Shown one piece after another: positions 24,801 to 35,954 of a stretch of 64,000 nucleotides of DNA. How positions within the stretch are numbered: the stretch's first letter is position 1; each line of letters opens with the position of its first letter. A program made the position numbers and the translations under genes. Origin of the DNA: Nemertoderma westbladi (taxonomy: Eukaryota > Animalia > Xenacoelomorpha); the NCBI GenBank assembly GCA_032718475.1, contig JAUCBJ010001318.1:1-64000 (forward strand), read 5' to 3'. The notes under the pieces were generated by a model that was not told where the DNA came from, made no database searches, and worked only from the letters and a program-made list of their open reading frames with translations.

Positions 24801-26259
24801 GGAATTCGAACGAAACAGCCCGAGTCAGGTAAGTGAGTCCGAACTACATGTCCAATTCAGTGATGTGAACGACACTGATCAATCTGAGATGGAAGGATTC
24901 TATACGGACGAGTTCTCCGACGAAAACGAATCCTGTTACTTAATAAACACCACCGCAGTGTATCGAGCACTCATGTATGAGAAAGACACAGACAGCGACC
25001 TCACCCTAACTACTTCAGATCAACAACCATCTTGGAAAGCGCCAACTTCCAATATAGGAATCCGAGAATTTCCTGTAGTCCAGTTACGGGTCCACGGACC
25101 TCAGAAGAGCTATATAGTGAACGCCCTCCTGGACTCCGGTAGCACAGGAACATTCATCGATAAAGAACTAGCCGAAGTCATCTTTGCTGGACAACCCAAG
25201 TTCCGAACCAAGCTAAACATGTCAGGGATCATGCAGGTTTGGAATTCTACTGTAGCTGCCGACTATTATATAGGTGAGTTGTCCACTCCACAGGATAAAC
25301 TTGGAGAATACAGTATAAGGTTAGTAAAAATGGTGGCAATAAAGAACTTCGCTACCACCCAAGTGGAACCTTATAATTGGGACGAAGATGATCATGCCCA
25401 ACAACTTAACATCCCTAGATTCGACACCGATTATCCTGGAGTACAAATATTAATCGGTCAAAACGCGCATGAGGCGCTGGAGACATTAGAGAAACGACCT
25501 ACTCAACCGCAACCACTTCAGACCTATGCGGTAAGAACTAGAGTAGGTTGGTACCTTACTGGACCTTCCCGAAGAACGCTCAGAGAAAGACTGCTTCAAG
25601 ATCGCGTCCGCCAGGTGAGCGAATGGGAAGATGATACTAGTGAGGGAGACGACCCAACTGAGGGAACACCACACTCCTCAGATAATGACAATCTTAGCTC
25701 CAATGTAGATCAATGGAGATATTGCCCCAAGAAGTTTAATCCAACTGACATCGCTTCCAGAGGAGCAACTCCTCAAGAACTGACAGATACTACAGACCGG
25801 TTAGGTGAACCCAACTTCCTGAGTAAGGAGGATGAATGGCCTCCCCATCTTACTCCGACTGAGATTAGACCAGCCAAGGGAGCGGAGAAAGTTAAACCTA
25901 AAACCCGGACGGGTGGAGCGGAGTTATTTGAACCCGGGATAGATCTGTCGGTATTACATATTGCCAGGGACGACGCCGTGGATCTGGACCTCCCCACCGC
26001 GAGTGGATCCTTCATGAAGATCAGAGAGAGCGATTGGAGCTCTGGAACATCAGACGTCTCGCAGGGACTCTCACCTCTCCTGCAGGGAGCGACGGACCAC
26101 TATAGCTCCTGGAATCGGCTTTGTAAGGCCGTCGTGTACTTAGAGCGATGTTTCTATCGTCACTATTCCAGGACGAAGAGGAAACCTGGAATTGTATTCG
26201 GGATGCAGCGACTCAATCACCCAGTCGGTCGTTTGTGTTTACCGGAAGGGAATGGATGA
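21835..26259 (+). CDS. BEL/Pao Gag-protease polyprotein lacking RT, most of RNase H, and integrase (1474 aa)
   Basis: AEAERK coiled-coil repeats; KFNGDEMKW...LSNGEKLRFL (DUF1759-like Gag core); three Cys/His knuckles (CVLCDGPHRLNAC, CYNCLRRGHQRRTC, CAKCGAKHH); protease ALLDSGSTGTFI; remnants QWRYCPKKFNPTDIASRG, YSSWNRL and HPVGRLC. No YVDD/RT or integrase core motifs. Confidence 0.93.
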   Translation: MSDTRQTLSDSLLETTVCLSDRSIENPRPRSETPPTVRKTTPTVAVSEPRLVEAISQFAKLVKRRRSIIGTRAQVKRDQEAAEPQQPATQGLTSQWPDSSSSSDTDERTPERGAKMADKVYDERPTYEESTDATSSQEESEVTAEKPHKRDAIDIYLSDYQRFVGDEELRRRLEGLSPNSEGTKLVLDAIDAEMLAANQAKFDELLRITRVQEEQVKKKLIEDRKKAAVAAAEAEAERKAAEAERKVAVAEAERKAAEAKRKAAEAAAEAKAAAAAVEAERKVAVAEAERKAALAAAVAEAERKASEETTQLELEYIQENQDCINKQLTASNMQMMNRSTPKRQGYTSSEEGDTTDTEGKGNRSRLSRRKRTFHRQKLPDLPPAVRRQLNNTNLGSTEPTDQIIKIERLPTIVDEPEIIRPVLEITPSVIDTPVLPETTSKFPLHSTKLPVPRRTAQDTVQVLDPERNIPDLSPVVARPLATTLATPASAVEWVDERRRGMDLLLGQMQETVQQFKGTVRESRLELQEVQQSIALERDKLVNTQRGIPPPPVTMCQPVRSEVSHAQGVEPTRIYTASEIETPIVNPIKGNYKPVDNDISSRLDNNPRNLYTDNSLFNNAMAQESFTRQMARTEARQAVKVGEIVKFNGDEMKWLPFNEYYKDNIQNSVLSNGEKLRFLIECLEGPPKSMALKFIGHPDGLRQVWDTLNIRYGNRTNIARYLYAKLMAPRKFLSSGIIEFSDEIQEICRQLDWLGKSHEYQNSMVVGALASTLPEGGVGTRWDKKVLYMMEQQQRDPTMTDLMSFLDREVKLQLLRQSREKTLENKVSEKPVSRRRVTPVCYTDDGESQTSQGEDSGKDTDRSYYVNKMPKDQVSKSESRPNDRREPVQKTLPTSPKRIQVRKPEERTSVHHIAQVKVSNIKPKCVLCDGPHRLNACDKFLRKSLKDRREVMWDKRLCYNCLRRGHQRRTCYSDARCAKCGAKHHILLHTEFERNSPSQVSESELHVQFSDVNDTDQSEMEGFYTDEFSDENESCYLINTTAVYRALMYEKDTDSDLTLTTSDQQPSWKAPTSNIGIREFPVVQLRVHGPQKSYIVNALLDSGSTGTFIDKELAEVIFAGQPKFRTKLNMSGIMQVWNSTVAADYYIGELSTPQDKLGEYSIRLVKMVAIKNFATTQVEPYNWDEDDHAQQLNIPRFDTDYPGVQILIGQNAHEALETLEKRPTQPQPLQTYAVRTRVGWYLTGPSRRTLRERLLQDRVRQVSEWEDDTSEGDDPTEGTPHSSDNDNLSSNVDQWRYCPKKFNPTDIASRGATPQELTDTTDRLGEPNFLSKEDEWPPHLTPTEIRPAKGAEKVKPKTRTGGAELFEPGIDLSVLHIARDDAVDLDLPTASGSFMKIRESDWSSGTSDVSQGLSPLLQGATDHYSSWNRLCKAVVYLERCFYRHYSRTKRKPGIVFGMQRLNHPVGRLCLPEGNG

Positions 26260-26869
26260 CTCTCCGGAAACTGTGGAAGGCAAGATTCTCTTCCCACGAC
26301 CACCTCCCTAATCCTTCAAACATCTAGGGACTCCATAACGTAACAACATATGGAGTGGGTGTGTGACTCTATTATTTTATATTATTTTATTATTTTTATA
26401 TTTCTGTATGTATTACTATGTAATTTTATTATAATCGTTTTCTTTAATTTTATTCAGTAGAATGTTATTTTAGCGATTATTTAGTAGATTAGTGTAATAT
26501 ATATTCGCGTTTATTACTTAATTACGTATATATTATATTTAATGCGACGGCAAGAAATAATTCTTTTTCTCTTTCCTTACTGTCCGTATCATATTATAAA
26601 TACGTGACTACAGTAAGATGAAATGTCCGTACTTATTAAAGTACAATAAAGCCACTACTATATTTAAGTATTATTGGTAGGCAGAGTATTAGGAATGCAA
26701 AGTTCAGATCCTCGTGTCTCGGCTAAACCAAGCTCTGGGTAGACCTTGGAAACGACTTGCCTCTTCACACTGACATTGCTTCGTGCGATATTGCTCTCAT
26801 ACCGTATATAATAATACATATAGTAGCGTGATGTCCCTCTAACAGTAGCGTAAAACGCACATAAATCTG

Positions 26870-27180
26870 TTAAACCTTTTGACCATCTGTAATTCTAGTC
26901 GATTAAGATATCGCGGCACCCACCGATATACTTGAAAGACAAATTATAGAATCAGTGGTTAACGTCCCCAGACAAGTTCTGGAATAAATCGGTGCCCATC
27001 TCAAATATTAATTATTTAATATTTGCAAATCTAATAAATCAAAATCTGTAAAATTCAGATCCTTCAACAATTCTAGTCAATTAAGATATCGTAGCATTTA
27101 CCGATATTCTTAAAAAGACAATTGTCATAGAATTAAGGATCTTGTGTCCCCAGACATATTCTAGAATCAAAATATGTCCA
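26870..27180 (+). repeat. Diverged ~178-bp tandem duplication in the element's 3' region
   Basis: aattctagtc.attaagatatcg...tccccagaca at 26891 and 27069. Confidence 0.75.
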
Positions 27181-27809
27181 TTTAATTATTAAATAATAAA
27201 ATTTCAGGGAATAATTTAAATTCATGCCTTTTAAGGAATTTAATAAATTGCCATTTTTACGCAATTTATAACATTCCCAAAATTCCATTAATTAATAGAT
27301 CACGGGAGCGGAGATTTATCTTATCATGCGTATGAGTGTGCGAAAGTCTCCCAAACATAGTCAATAGCCGATAAAATTCATAAAGTCATGTATAAAACAG
27401 AGCATTGATCATTAAAGAATTACTATTAAATAACATCCCAGATCTGTATGCATTGGAATTACCCTAATTCTACCGCTAGCTTTGCATAATGTCACCATAG
27501 CAACAACCACGCTAGAATTAGAATTGAGTTAAAAGAACAATAGAAAGCTTGTCCCATTGAATAGCATAGGGAATAAATAGCGCACTGCTAGTATCCAAGG
27601 ATACATAATAATACAGTGACATTCTGGAAGGCATTGACTAACGGACAAGTGACCCGAGTGTGTGTAATTTGTGACAAGTTGTGTGTGTGGTATTTGTGAG
27701 TTTATAGGCGAATGTTACTACTAAGGTGTGTTTACAGTAGCGAGTCGCAATTGTGAAAGTAACCCTAACTCTCCAGTAAGAACCTGAGGTGTATCTAAGC
27801 CTTTGGGAT

Positions 27810-27915
27810 GGACAGTCGAGTGACTTGTGCCGGTTGTCGTTGTCGTTGTGCGGCTACGTCGTTGGCGAAAGTACAGCGGCGACGACACATCGGCGCTGAG
27901 GATCTCGTACTGTCC
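27810..27915 (+). other. Long RNA stem-loop inside the retrotransposon 3' region
   Basis: 27829-27851 pairs with 27871-27894 (23 bp, one bulge, five G.U); outer stem GGACAGT/ACTGTCC and CGAG/CTCG. Confidence 0.65.
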
Positions 27916-29407
27916 GGGGGTTGATTGGGGTAGGCAGCGACGCCCGCTCGCCTAAATATAAACTCATTATAATATGGATAAACTCATATATAGCAGATAT
28001 GACGGAGTTGATAGAAGATGGTCTTAGTATCGGGGAGCGATATACTCTACTTTTACAAGCGTTTGTTGATAGCTTAATACGCGGCGACGTTAGTCCAACT
28101 GCTGCGGAGGACGATGGTCGTTATATCGAACCGCCAATGTCCCAAGAGCAGCTCGCGCGAGTTGGACTATAGAAAATTCGCTGCTCGATATACGCAGCGT
28201 AATGGTACGTATATGGTCTTCTTAACTACTGGTCATCCTATCGATTTACATAATACGGACTATGTCGACTATATATCCTGCCCAGCGGAGTCGGAACCAT
28301 AAACTGAAATTCGAATGCGAAAATTCTATTCGAAATCGACTCGAAAGAAAAGATACTAAAGAAACAAATAAACGCGGTAACTCCAACGTATATTTGGAAT
28401 TCTTGATAGAAGCATTGTAACAACAAATAAATATCACCCGCGTTTCCCCTACCAGACGTGCGTCTTTGGTATTATTACGATAAATGCCCTAGACCCAACT
28501 AATAAACGGAAAGACATAAACATCCACGGAAACGTTGTGTTAAACACAGTTGTGCTCGTTATATTTACTGGAGTTTCGAGCGAAACTTGTTTGACGTATC
28601 ACCTATGCTCACTCGGCTCGAACGATCCTGGAGTAAACCTACGATCAGAGTCCCGGAATACTCGGTCAAACCTCCTCATTCCTTAGTTGGACCTCAGACC
28701 TGCGATCCTGGCGGTGTCGCGGATCCTCGCGGACTGTATTCACTGTTCAAAGATCTAGTGCTACCCTAACAATTAATCGGTAACACTCCGACAGTGATTT
28801 CTAGCTAGCCGCCCATCTTACCTAGCCGGATTGTGACGCGGACACCTAATATCACTATCCAACCGTATGGTCGTTCCCGTTTAACGCGATACAACCCTTC
28901 ATCAAGGTGAAGGAGAGCGTTGTACGAAACGAGTTAAACGCTATTCTATAAAGATCAAAAAAGAAACCTGCGTTTGTTCAGATAAACGTAAGTTATAACA
29001 GTAAGTCCAATCGATAAACGAATTGGCCTTATCTCAGTTCGATTGGGAAATCTCGAATCTCTAAGAAGATATCAAGCTTAGAAAACCCTATTCTCTGCGA
29101 GAGTTTTGGATGAACGTATCCAGCTACGAGCGGAGGAAAATCAGCTCGAGGAGAAGCATATCGAAACGGCGGATACCCCGACCATAATCCTACACCTTCT
29201 GATGCAATCATATTGCACCCTTCACCCAGGATTTATAGCCCTCCTAGTAAAGTGGCTCGCCCCAAAGAGAAAAGGACTCTTGCTAGCCTCAAAAAACTGC
29301 GTAAACGCCGTCTGCGTAAGAAAGACTAACTGTTTAGAGTATCTTTATATTTTAGAAACTGTGATTTGTTATATTTTATAGACTTAAATCCCATTTTCTG
29401 GGAGCGG

Positions 29408-30632
29408 TGTAAAAGCTTTTGCGTAATTAGCCGGTTATTATCCCCGTAAAGTACTCTGTGGTTGGTTTACCAGGCATAAAAAGGCCGTGTCCTTGCTGTA
29501 CTGGTGTTTTGGAGGACATAAAAGCCATTTCTTCTGTATTTGTACTTTAGAGGACATAATCTGCAATTTCGTGACGTAAAAGCTCGATACTCTTGAAAAC
29601 AGTGTCGCTACCATGACGACGGCTAACGGCTGATATTGCCACGTTGCCCCATAGCCCTGCCTTCTGTATCTGCCAATAGGATTTGAGTTGGTTTTGATTT
29701 TGACTTATCACAGATCTACTGAACTGAATTTCCTATCTGTATGCTCATTCTCTGTGGTGGGTGAGATCTTTGTAGAATAAGGGTAGCTGGTATTCTTATA
29801 GTTATTCTTATCAGTTTTTAGTGTTGTTGGTGATTCTAAGCCAGGAAGAACGGCTTTAGCCCTACACTAGTAGGCTTAATTATAAGGACATATATCCGTT
29901 ATCTGCATTTATCACAACATACCATACCATACCTAATCAAACAACCTGTGCATACTTTATATTGTTATACTGCTATTTACTGTCAGTTCTTCATAATATG
30001 GTTGATGAATTATTATATTTGGAATAACGATAAATAACCCCGAAACCCAATATTCTTGATATACCGAAGGTAAGAGAGAAGGGTTACATATAACAATTGT
30101 GACTTATGTTAAAGTGGTTTGAAGTGAATCTAATGTTATTTGATAGACCCTACATGATTCGGTCCGTGTTCCTTTTATATGTGACTAAAATCAGTGAAGA
30201 TCGGCAGATTAGTGTGCAGTATTGTGCAGCATTGTGTATGAGTGAGACTGATAACGAAGCATTTCCTAAAGAATGCGCCATATATGTGAATTATAACTAA
30301 GCCATATCGTTGTGAGTAGTTTAAGTCATAACTCTGTTTATATAGATAGAGCGCCACGTCCTAAAGGAACTGTTAATATTTCCCGAAGGTGAATAATATT
30401 GTCAGAGATTATATAACACTGTCAGTCGAATAATACATTAAGCTTACATAGCAATAAGATTAAGCCGTCGAACCCAATCTCCCGGGTATATCCAGCGGGT
30501 GAATGATCGCGCACAGATTGGTTTCGACTAGTGTAGTGAATTAAATACTTGTCATAGACTAAAAGTGATTTATTATCTAGAAGACATTCTAAGTTGGCGG
30601 GTTAAACTGCCAAAGGTCTAAAAGCGCGAACA
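29408..30632 (+). repeat. 3' LTR
   Basis: Direct repeat of 18339-19563, followed by TSD TCCTC. Confidence 0.97.
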
Positions 30633-30850
30633 TCCTCCTCTTGTGCCTCGTTGCGTTCGTTCGTTTTTGATCAAACTTCAGATTCTTTCTAAACTTTCGA
30701 CGGACTACATACGTACCAAGTTTTGTTAAATTTCATCGAGGAATAACCGAGTTATTAGCGTTCAAAAATTTACGACGACAGACGATGACGACAGACCACT
30801 CGCCAATGGCACCCATATGCTAAGGCTTCGCTCACTTCGTGGCTCGCCCC
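30633..30850. mobile_element. Right part of the inverted-repeat element split by the LTR retrotransposon
   Basis: 30792-30850 is the reverse complement of ~18250-18301. Confidence 0.65.
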
Positions 30851-30881
30851 ACATTACATACGAGGGTATGTGACCTACTAT

Positions 30882-31030
30882 AGTTGCCGAAACGCGACTT
30901 CAGTTCGCCGAAATGCAACTACGAGTTGCCGAAACACAACTATAGCAGTTGGTGAAACGAAATTGTTCAGTTGCCGAAACGCGAATTTGAGTTACCTAAA
31001 CGTGACAGTTGCCGAAACGCGATAGAACCG
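30882..31030. mobile_element. Right end of the GTTTCGGCAACT-subrepeat TIR element
   Basis: Tandem agttgccgaaac units, inverted relative to 17131-17312. Confidence 0.6.
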
Positions 31031-31218
31031 AAAATGAGACTATATCACGGGTCTTAGTGTATATCTTTTAGGCGTGGAGGCACCCAATTTGTAGGAAATA
31101 TTAAAACTTACCTTAATATGCCGATAGTATTGATGCTGATATATTAAAATTTACAACGTCAACACCTCAACGAAATTATTTCACAAATTATTATACGAAT
31201 CTATGAATTCTATATAAG

Positions 31219-31812
31219 CACCATGTAATGGAATATAGTGTCTTTATTCAGGTACCTGCTTGGAAATAGCTGAAAAAGAGATATGGGCATTCGAAAGATG
31301 CATGTATTTGCTTCCCCCGCACGCCATTTATACTGTTTAATAAATACATCATATTCTAGAACATTTTATTTATCCCGTATGTAGCTGGGCAACAATGCAA
31401 TGCTTCTTTAATCATACTATTATGTAGCTATTCATAGGTGCAAAACATCGCGTACTGTAGCTGCAAAACCACACAACTTTTGAATCTCAGCTATTTCCCA
31501 ACCAAATTCAAATGTTTTTACACTTATGGAATCCTTGCACGGTCAGCTTTCTATTGGTACCAACAAATCACGATAAGTTTCGAATAACTGCAGTATAACT
31601 GGTGAAATATCACCTCTGAGACACCTTTTTCAAATGCTTGTATCTAAACATCGAAAGCAAAAATAAAACTTCTGGCTCACCCACGGAGGAGGAGGGAGGT
31701 GAAACTATCTCTGTTTCAAATTTCATACAATCTCATTAAGATTTGTAGAAAAATTTGGGGGTTGGTACCGTTCAGATACCTGAATAACGACACTATATTC
31801 CAGGACATGGTG
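31219..31812. mobile_element. Non-autonomous TIR element, second CACCATG-ended family
   Basis: CACCATGT..TGGAATATAGTGTC.TTATTCAGGTA at 31219 is mirrored at 31773-31812; the interior resembles the 2871 family. Confidence 0.75.
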
Positions 31813-32011
31813 TATAAGAATCAGGATTAAATAGTCAGCTAATCATTTTGCGAGATAAATAATAAACGAGATGTCGTATTAGTCTGGTTCATATAGATAT
31901 AACTACCCTTTCCCCGCCGGCTACAGTAGTTGGTAATAAAACATCATAGCAGCAAGGTCATCTAATAATTTTGTGTACTTGGGTGGAGTACTATATTTAC
32001 AGATTCCGTAA

Positions 32012-32384
32012 AGGCCTGTTTACACGTGGCAACTTTTAGAGCAACTTTCTCGGCAACTAGCAACTTTTTTTGGAGCAACTTAATTTAATGGCTGTTTACA
32101 CGTGGCAACTTTACCAGCAACTTTACCAGCAACTCTGCCGGCAACTTTTAGAGCAACTTGGCTAGTTTGACTGTAAAATAGTGGGTCATTTTATCTACTA
32201 GCTAGTTTTTGATATTTCATTTGATTATTCGTCAACGCAAATTCCTTTAAGTTGCCGTAAAAGTCGAGCAACTTTTACAGCAACTTTTTTACGTGTTTAC
32301 ACGGAGCAACTTGATCGGCAACCTGGGTTGCTCTACAAGTTGCCGAGAAAGTTGCTCTAAAAGTTGCCACGTGTAAACAGGCCT
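32012..32384. mobile_element. PIF/Harbinger (Tourist-like) MITE
   Basis: ~47-bp perfect TIR AGGCCTGTTTACACGTGGCAACTTTTAGAGC..., TAA TSD (32009-32011 / 32385-32387), GCAACT subrepeats. Confidence 0.9.
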
Positions 32385-33390
32385 TAAGTTCAGTGACGAC
32401 ATAGAGAAAAGAGAAACATCAGATCCATGAAGCAAGAAAATATTTTGAAGTATTCAATGTTCAGGAAGCTTTATTCTGGGTAAAGAAAACAGTTTTAGAA
32501 ACAGCCGCCGCCGCTTAGGTATTTTATGATGAGAAACGTCAATTGCGCAACTCACTTATTACATGATGGTGTAACGCTTTCTCTGAGTCCGTAGCACCAC
32601 AGGTAATTAATTATTGGTAAAGTTTCCCAGTTCACCAATGTTTGGCCATATCCAAGGAATCAAAAACTTACGCGAATGAAAAAGTTATATTATTCATTAC
32701 TAAATTTATCCGTTTCATACCAGTCTGTATTAATCGCACCGAATCTTGGACAAATATCTGTAACCAAAAATTCCGACAACCCGCGGTACTATATTGTTTA
32801 CAATCCATTTCCACTTCCTAATAACAATTAATAGTAATAATTATTCAGCTCCCCAAAATCGGCTTTGACGTCGAAGTGGGATCGAATTGCGGATATCACC
32901 ACACGATGTATTTCCCATATAACCCTGATAGATATAACGACACAATATTAGACAAGGATAAATTAATGTGTATATAAATGGAAACCCGCTATTGAGACTC
33001 GCCTCTCTGCATTATTTTGGGACGTAAACAGATTGTTTATAAAGAAATGAAGCTTAGCAAACACACTTTAATATATTTATCACAATATTAAACATCATTT
33101 ACAGATAAATAAGAGAGACGGACATAAGTAATAGTAACAGAAGGTTAAATCCATAATTACCAAACGGACACATTAGTCCAATTATATAAAAAAAGTTGAA
33201 ATATCGATTAATATTAAATTATCTGTGTCTCTAACTATATTACCTGTCCTGTACTGCCACCACCCACCTGGCACAGTGACTGGACTCATTATCACTACTC
33301 TAAATGCATAATGTAATTGCACTTTACTGCAGCTGATTAATTGTATTCAATATCTAATGTTTGTTAATTATATTTCGCTAACAGTTGTAG

Positions 33391-34652
33391 CTAACACCAT
33401 TCTTCTTCCCCCCCAGAGTCCATATAGTAACCAGGTACTTTGCCAGTTTGTGCACCTGGGAGGGTCGACCTGGCGTGGCGTGTATTACTTAGCGTTGACG
33501 GATCGTGGGTTACAATGTCTAATCGCGCCGCTTGATGGCGCACGGGCGACTCCGCGATCCGGAGTAAACCCACCAACTCGAGGTTAACCCCGGACGACGA
33601 TGCTGGAGTGTAGGGCAGTCGACGGCGGTTAGGGCCGCCGCCCCTGGGGCACATAATGGCGCTGCGGTAAGCGGAAGGGCTGAGTGGCGGGGAGAAGTGG
33701 CTGAGGAGGGAAGCGCCACCGTGGTGGCTGTGGAAGGAGGCGTCGCTGGATATGGAGCGACCTTGACTGTCTAGAGACCGCCGCTGGCCTTCCAACGATC
33801 GACGGACGGTCAGTTGGTTGTTCTGCACTTCATTAGTTTGTCCCGTCGGTATGTGAGATGAGTTCCGTTTACACGCAGATTTCTCATCCGACGGATCGAA
33901 TTCCGAAGCTGTTGGAGAAACATCGATCCGTTCCTGACGTATTGGTTTTAATCCTTTCTTACTGAGCTGTCTAGACAGTCCACCACCAGTTTCGTCCATT
34001 GACGTCCCTATTACTGGTTTTTGTGGTAGTTCCCTGTGCACCATCACATTGGGTGGAAGTTCTATTCGCACCGGTGCACCTGGCGGTAGTTCCCTATGCA
34101 CCGGTGCACCAGACAGCAGCTCTCTATGCACCGGTGCACCAGACGGTAGTTCTCTATGTATCGGTGCACCGGTATGCAGTTCCCTATGCACCGGTGCACC
34201 GGTAGGCAGCAATGGGGGTCGCATTACGGGACGGCTCGGAAGAGTCCGCGCTGGAGCGCCTCCCTCCGGCCGGTACCGGTACACCGTCCGAGTGGCCGGA
34301 GGGAGCGGGGGTTTACCCGAGTCGGATTGGCTCTCGATACTAGATCCCCGACTGTGGGAGACCATCCGCCGGATCCCGCCGGGCTCCGAGTTGGACGCAG
34401 TCATCCCGTCGCAACTCGCGAGGTTCGCGTACATCCGGTGTCGCAGGAGACCTCGTGGCGATTCCCACGCCGGACGTGGGGCGACGCCCGGATGCGGTTG
34501 GGTGCGGTCGGTTTCGTCAGAGAATCCGCGCTGCAGACGATCCAGAGTCCGATGGGACGAGGAACGGTCAACCGTGCCGGTGTTCAGGTACCAGTCGCTG
34601 GAGGTTCGCCTGGGGATCGGGTGGTTGAGGGCGGGATGGTACGGGAAGTAAC
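33391..34652 (-). CDS. Terminal coding exon of a Cav2-type calcium channel alpha-1 subunit
   Basis: Acceptor cgcag at 34653-34657, phase 1; encodes RRRLPYTP (cf. Cav2 RQLPQTP SH3 ligand) and ends DSGGEEEWC-stop (Cav2 PDZ ligand D/E-x-W-C). Confidence 0.92.
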
Positions 34653-34969
34653 CTGCGTTGTAATACAAAACATAAATAATATTTTGTTATAATTGTGACC
34701 AGACAGGATACGGGGGGGGGGGGGGGGGGGCAGACGCAAATCCCATCTTGGCGAATTAATATCCCGCCCCAATGGGTTATGCTAATTTCTCCATTTGGGG
34801 AAAGGAGCAGGTTACAGTGGCGCGTTATTTTAACTAAAACAATAAACTAGACACAACAGAACAGAACAGAACAGAACATGTTACAGTTACAGTTTTTATT
34901 TTTGGGAGTGATCAGCTGTTATTTGCGTCGAATTTCCCCTGGAGAGGGATGAATTTTTATTGCGTCGAA

Positions 34970-35003
<34 letters not shown>

Positions 35004-35464
35004 ACCCCCCCCCCCCCCCTATCCTACCAGACAGACAACAGACCACCATTACCATAGTTGTACAAACTATATAACAACTTTGTCACCTAAACCTGGTAAT
35101 ATTAGTCTAAATCTTATATGACTAAGTTTGTTGCATAAAGAAATCCTAAAGTTCTAATCGTCATCAGCCCTTTTTTTAAAGAAGTTTCAGTTTGAAAGTT
35201 TTAAACCGTCATCACTACATAATGTACATAGCAGCTAAGACCTAAAGCAATTATGTGTTATCTTGCATTTATTCCATTACGGAAATAAACTTTATACAAT
35301 CAGATTAGAAAACCTTTTCCTCGAAAAGAGATACATATACATTTTGTGACTCAAAATAAAATTTACCAAGGGTAACTAAAAAGATGTTTTCCTTGAACGT
35401 AAAAAAATAAGCGATCTGATACAATTATAAATAAATCGCATTACGTATTTAATGTGTCACTCAC

Positions 35465-35954
35465 CAGAAATAGAAGAGGGGCTTCCGTACCCACTCGGTC
35501 TCATTTTGTACGGCGAAGGCCACGCCCAAGGTGGGCGACATTGGTCAGCCCGGAAGGAAGGTGGATAGCGGAACGAGTGGTTGTCGTGGTAACGAGGTAT
35601 AAATCCGGGATGCGGAAATGCGGGGCCGGTAAGAGAATCGGTTGAGTGGGAGACGTACCGAGGATGGTAAACCGGGGGGTAGGGGAGGCCAGGGGGCAAG
35701 TCGTAAACGGGGGGAAATCGCTCGCTGTAGAACGGGGGAACGTCGTAAATGGGTTCGGTGCGAGCATCACCCTGTGGATCAGTTCCCGGTAGTTGGTGGT
35801 AGGTGATGTCCGGCTCCTCCGATGGTTGGGTAGCGTCCGTCTCCATAGGGAGTGGAGGGGAGTTGCTGTAGGCCGGGTGGCGCGCTAATGAATCCAGATC
35901 TGGTTCCGGTGACGTTGATGCTTTAGTTACTTGACTGTCACGACGAACGTTTGT
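35465..35954 (-). CDS. Cav2 penultimate exon (Pro/Tyr-rich tail)
   Basis: tttag acceptor and gtgagt donor; 490 nt, phase 0 to 1, open throughout (TNVRRDSQ...SPSSIS) and phase-compatible with both neighbours. Confidence 0.88.

Larger units (their letters stand above)
18339..30632 (+). mobile_element. Full-length, young, non-autonomous BEL/Pao LTR retrotransposon
   Basis: Two 1225-bp TG...CA LTRs, 5-bp TSD TCCTC (18334-18338 / 30633-30637), Gag-protease ORF with BEL/Pao motifs, and a short purine tract GGGAGCGG before the 3' LTR. Confidence 0.95.

Noticed and set aside
34049-34692. Plus-strand 200-aa and 178-aa ORFs
   Set aside because: Antisense shadows of the GC-rich Cav2 terminal exon.
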